Origin: Paraspadella gotoi
Lineage: Eukaryota > Animalia > Chaetognatha
Direction of reading: 5' to 3'
Assembly: GCA_051294375.1 (NCBI GenBank)
Contig: CM119263.1
Coordinates: 24,429,177-24,493,176, forward strand
DNA: 64,000 nt
The notes beneath the pieces are model-generated. The model worked only from the letters and a program-made list of their open reading frames with translations. It had not been told where the DNA came from and did not search any database. Numbering within the stretch: the first letter of the stretch is position 1; every line of letters starts with the position of its first letter. Of this stretch, positions 61,201 through 64,000 are shown piece by piece. A program made the position numbers and the translations under genes.

Positions 61201-61757
61201 AGACAATAAATAATAACTGTTATTCTGCGGGTAAATCGGCAAAAAAGGCCGTTGCCATCTCTACAAATGACGCATTCTTTTTTTTCTATATTGAAAGATA
61301 AACATCGACTGACGCACGACGACGACGACGACGACGACGATGATCGATGGCCCTAGTTTTTCGTGTTTTTTTTCTTCAGAAAAAGAAGATTTATTTTCAC
61401 GTTGATATGTGAACACTTTTCGGTTGAAACCACCGAAACTTTGTTGTCTTTTCTAATGGGTCCCATATTTTGGGTAAAAGACTCGCTAAAGCTTTTTCTA
61501 AACGAACGCTTTTTTTTTTCATCCATATTTTTTTTAAACTGTTAAACCTTCTAGTTAATCGTCTTCGATTTCGCAACATTACAGACATCTGACCGAATTT
61601 TCCTCATTTCCCAGACACTTGTGTATTCCAATTAAGTAATTTATGCATCTGCAAATTGACTTGCTTTTCTTGCGGCACCGTTCCCGCTAACTTGTCTTCC
61701 GTCTTAACTTTCCCCACCTTAATCTCAGTTCCCGTTTTCCCTTTCCTTCCCCTCTCC
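57087..61757 (-). repeat. Right arm of ~4.6-kb inverted duplication
   Basis: Reverse complement of 52343-56938 with scattered single-base indels. Confidence 0.95.
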
Positions 61758-63342
61758 AACTTCAAATTCTATCCGTCTCTTCGACGAGCGACTTCGCTCA
61801 GCGGGTGCCGAGTCTCGACGACCAATTCCAAGAAAACTCATCCAAAATTCAAAGGGCCGCTTCCGCTTCCTTCTTCTGATTCACCACCGCATCCTCTACG
61901 ACACTCTCGTTAACAGTTTTCGCCGTCTCGTTCACTCTCTTTCACTCCTTTAGTCCACTTAAACACTCCCCCCCTCACTCACTCGACTTTTCCTCTTCCA
62001 CCTCCTTTGGGTCTACTTTAAACGCGAATGAAAAGTGAAAGCAGAAAATGCTTTTCTCTCCGAAACGCCGTTAGGAGGCGTAAGGGGGGTTTCGGTCCAA
62101 TTCGTCGTCGTCGTCGTCGTCGCTACTTCACTTTCGCCGTTTCAATCTTCATTTTCTTCTTTTATCTTTCGCCGTTTGTTTCTGTCACAGTTGGTCGTCA
62201 TTCGTTTAAACGACCAACAAGACGCTCCCCCGTTGTTCTCGATAATTTTTACATTCATTAAACGATCTAAAAAAAAGAAGCAGTTAATCCATCATTAATT
62301 ATGTCTAAATATCTTCGTAAAAACCATTTCACGACTTTCCCCAACAAATCTCAAATTCAACTTTTGGAAACCCTCAACCCCAACTCCCTCTTCCTACTCT
62401 CTCAACAACCCATTTGTTAAGCATTACCCCTGATTCCGTCGTTTCACTTTCCTCACGTGGCGCCGCTTCCGGAAAGAGCGACGACGACGACGACGACTAC
62501 GACTCCTCGTAGCGGCGACGGAAGGAACTCTTGAATATTTGATGTCCGTTGAAGGGACAACGGAATTAGCGAATGGAGGGAAATGAGAGAAGGGAGGAGA
62601 AAGATAGAAAGGGATTCTGTGGTCATGGTGGATTTGGTGAAACCAAGAGGGATCCTTTGGAAATGGGTTCCATGCGTGGATGGAAATGGAATCTGAGGAC
62701 TGCGTGAGGCAGTTTTATCGGAACCGATAAGGACAAAATATTATATAATAAAATATTCGGATTTCAAAAGTGAGGAGGTATATTTGTTTGGTAAATTTAA
62801 ATCGGGTGACGTAGAAATTAAATTAAATTAGATGAAGTTTTACATCATTTGTTGTAACGTAAAATGTAGCAACATAACCTCATGCAGTAACGCTGCGAAA
62901 GAGCAACCGCAGTCAAAGCCGCCATCGCTCATTGTTTATCCAACTAACTATTTTGCTCTTTTCCTCGTCAACACAGATCCTCTTTCCCGACACGAGTTAA
63001 TCGTAACAAACGTGGGACGTGGCGAACTTCAATCTTTCGGTCGTATGACGTGTGACGATCGGCGAAGAGCGGACATCACGTTGACTTCCCAAAGAAACCA
63101 GAATCGGACGCGTTAATCTCGAGGAAGAGGAAATGCTAACCCGAAAAAATTGGGACGGTCATACACAACAGAGATGACGACGACGTCGATGCTAACGAGC
63201 ATGGAGATGACGACGACGACGTCCACAATGCCCCGTGGCACAACTTGACCCCCCGCTGCGGAAAAGAGAAAATCTCTTGTCACCAAAAACAAATGCAAAT
63301 GCGGCTTTCCTAACAAATGTGATCTCGAGACCATGGGATGAC

Positions 63343-63403
<61 letters not shown>

Positions 63404-64000
63404 AAAAAAGATCGATCCTCCAAAGAAGAGGAGCGATGACATTAAATTCTTATTAGATAAGGAAGAGGAGGAGGATTAGGACGAACAAAGACGGCGATAA
63501 TGTTCTTGGAAGGAAAGAACAATAACAATCTGTCAATAAAGTCGGAGATGGAGGGAACGGTCATTGGTCAGGGAGTCAGGGGCGAGTCAAAGTCTCGCGT
63601 TGGAGACAGTAAAAGCTATGGTGCCACCAATTCTATAAGATTTGGCGATGGGGCAAGAAAAATAGTGAAAGGAAGAGAAAACAATTTTTGAGACCGCCGT
63701 CAAAGCTAACCTTCATTTATGTAAAGGACGCCAACCTGTGCACAGGCTGTTGCAAATATGAATCGTAAATGATCCAATCTGACTATTCTCGAACTATGTC
63801 AGTTATATTGGTTGTACCAATTTCATGAATCCCCTTGACTTTAATTTCAAAGTTTCCAATCGATTTTACTCTCTTAATATTTAGTCCCTTCGCCTTCCGT
63901 AATATTCTCTTCCAAGCGAATGACCCATCAACAACGAATTAGTCTCAACCCCCCGTCGAGTCAATCTTCCTCCAACTTCCCCTTTTTATCTCAATTTCCC

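Overview
Eukaryotic (metazoan invertebrate-like) draft genomic sequence with spliceosomal GT-AG introns, the standard genetic code, several N gaps and many (GA/TC)n and (GAC/GTC)n repeats. The window has two compartments. The first is a compact gene cluster at ~18-38.8 kb with mostly short introns. It holds a TPR-SET/MYND (SMYD-type) methyltransferase with a second C-terminal MYND finger (-), a DIPP/NUDT3-type Nudix hydrolase with a long C-terminal extension (-), a p90 RSK kinase (+), a single-pass PY-motif membrane protein (+) and an acidic C-terminally anchored membrane protein (+). The second is the microsatellite-rich flanks. At 0-16.5 kb are one or two long low-complexity + strand genes and a possible hidden - strand gene. 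At 39-64 kb no gene is confidently identifiable, but there are phased motif arrays, minisatellites, an ~800 bp tandem duplication and a ~9.4 kb inverted duplication centred on an N gap. Mobile elements include a TA-flanked MITE, two adjacent foldback elements in an RSK intron and two small retroposon-like families. All gene models were assembled by hand from splice signals and phase; no database search was possible.
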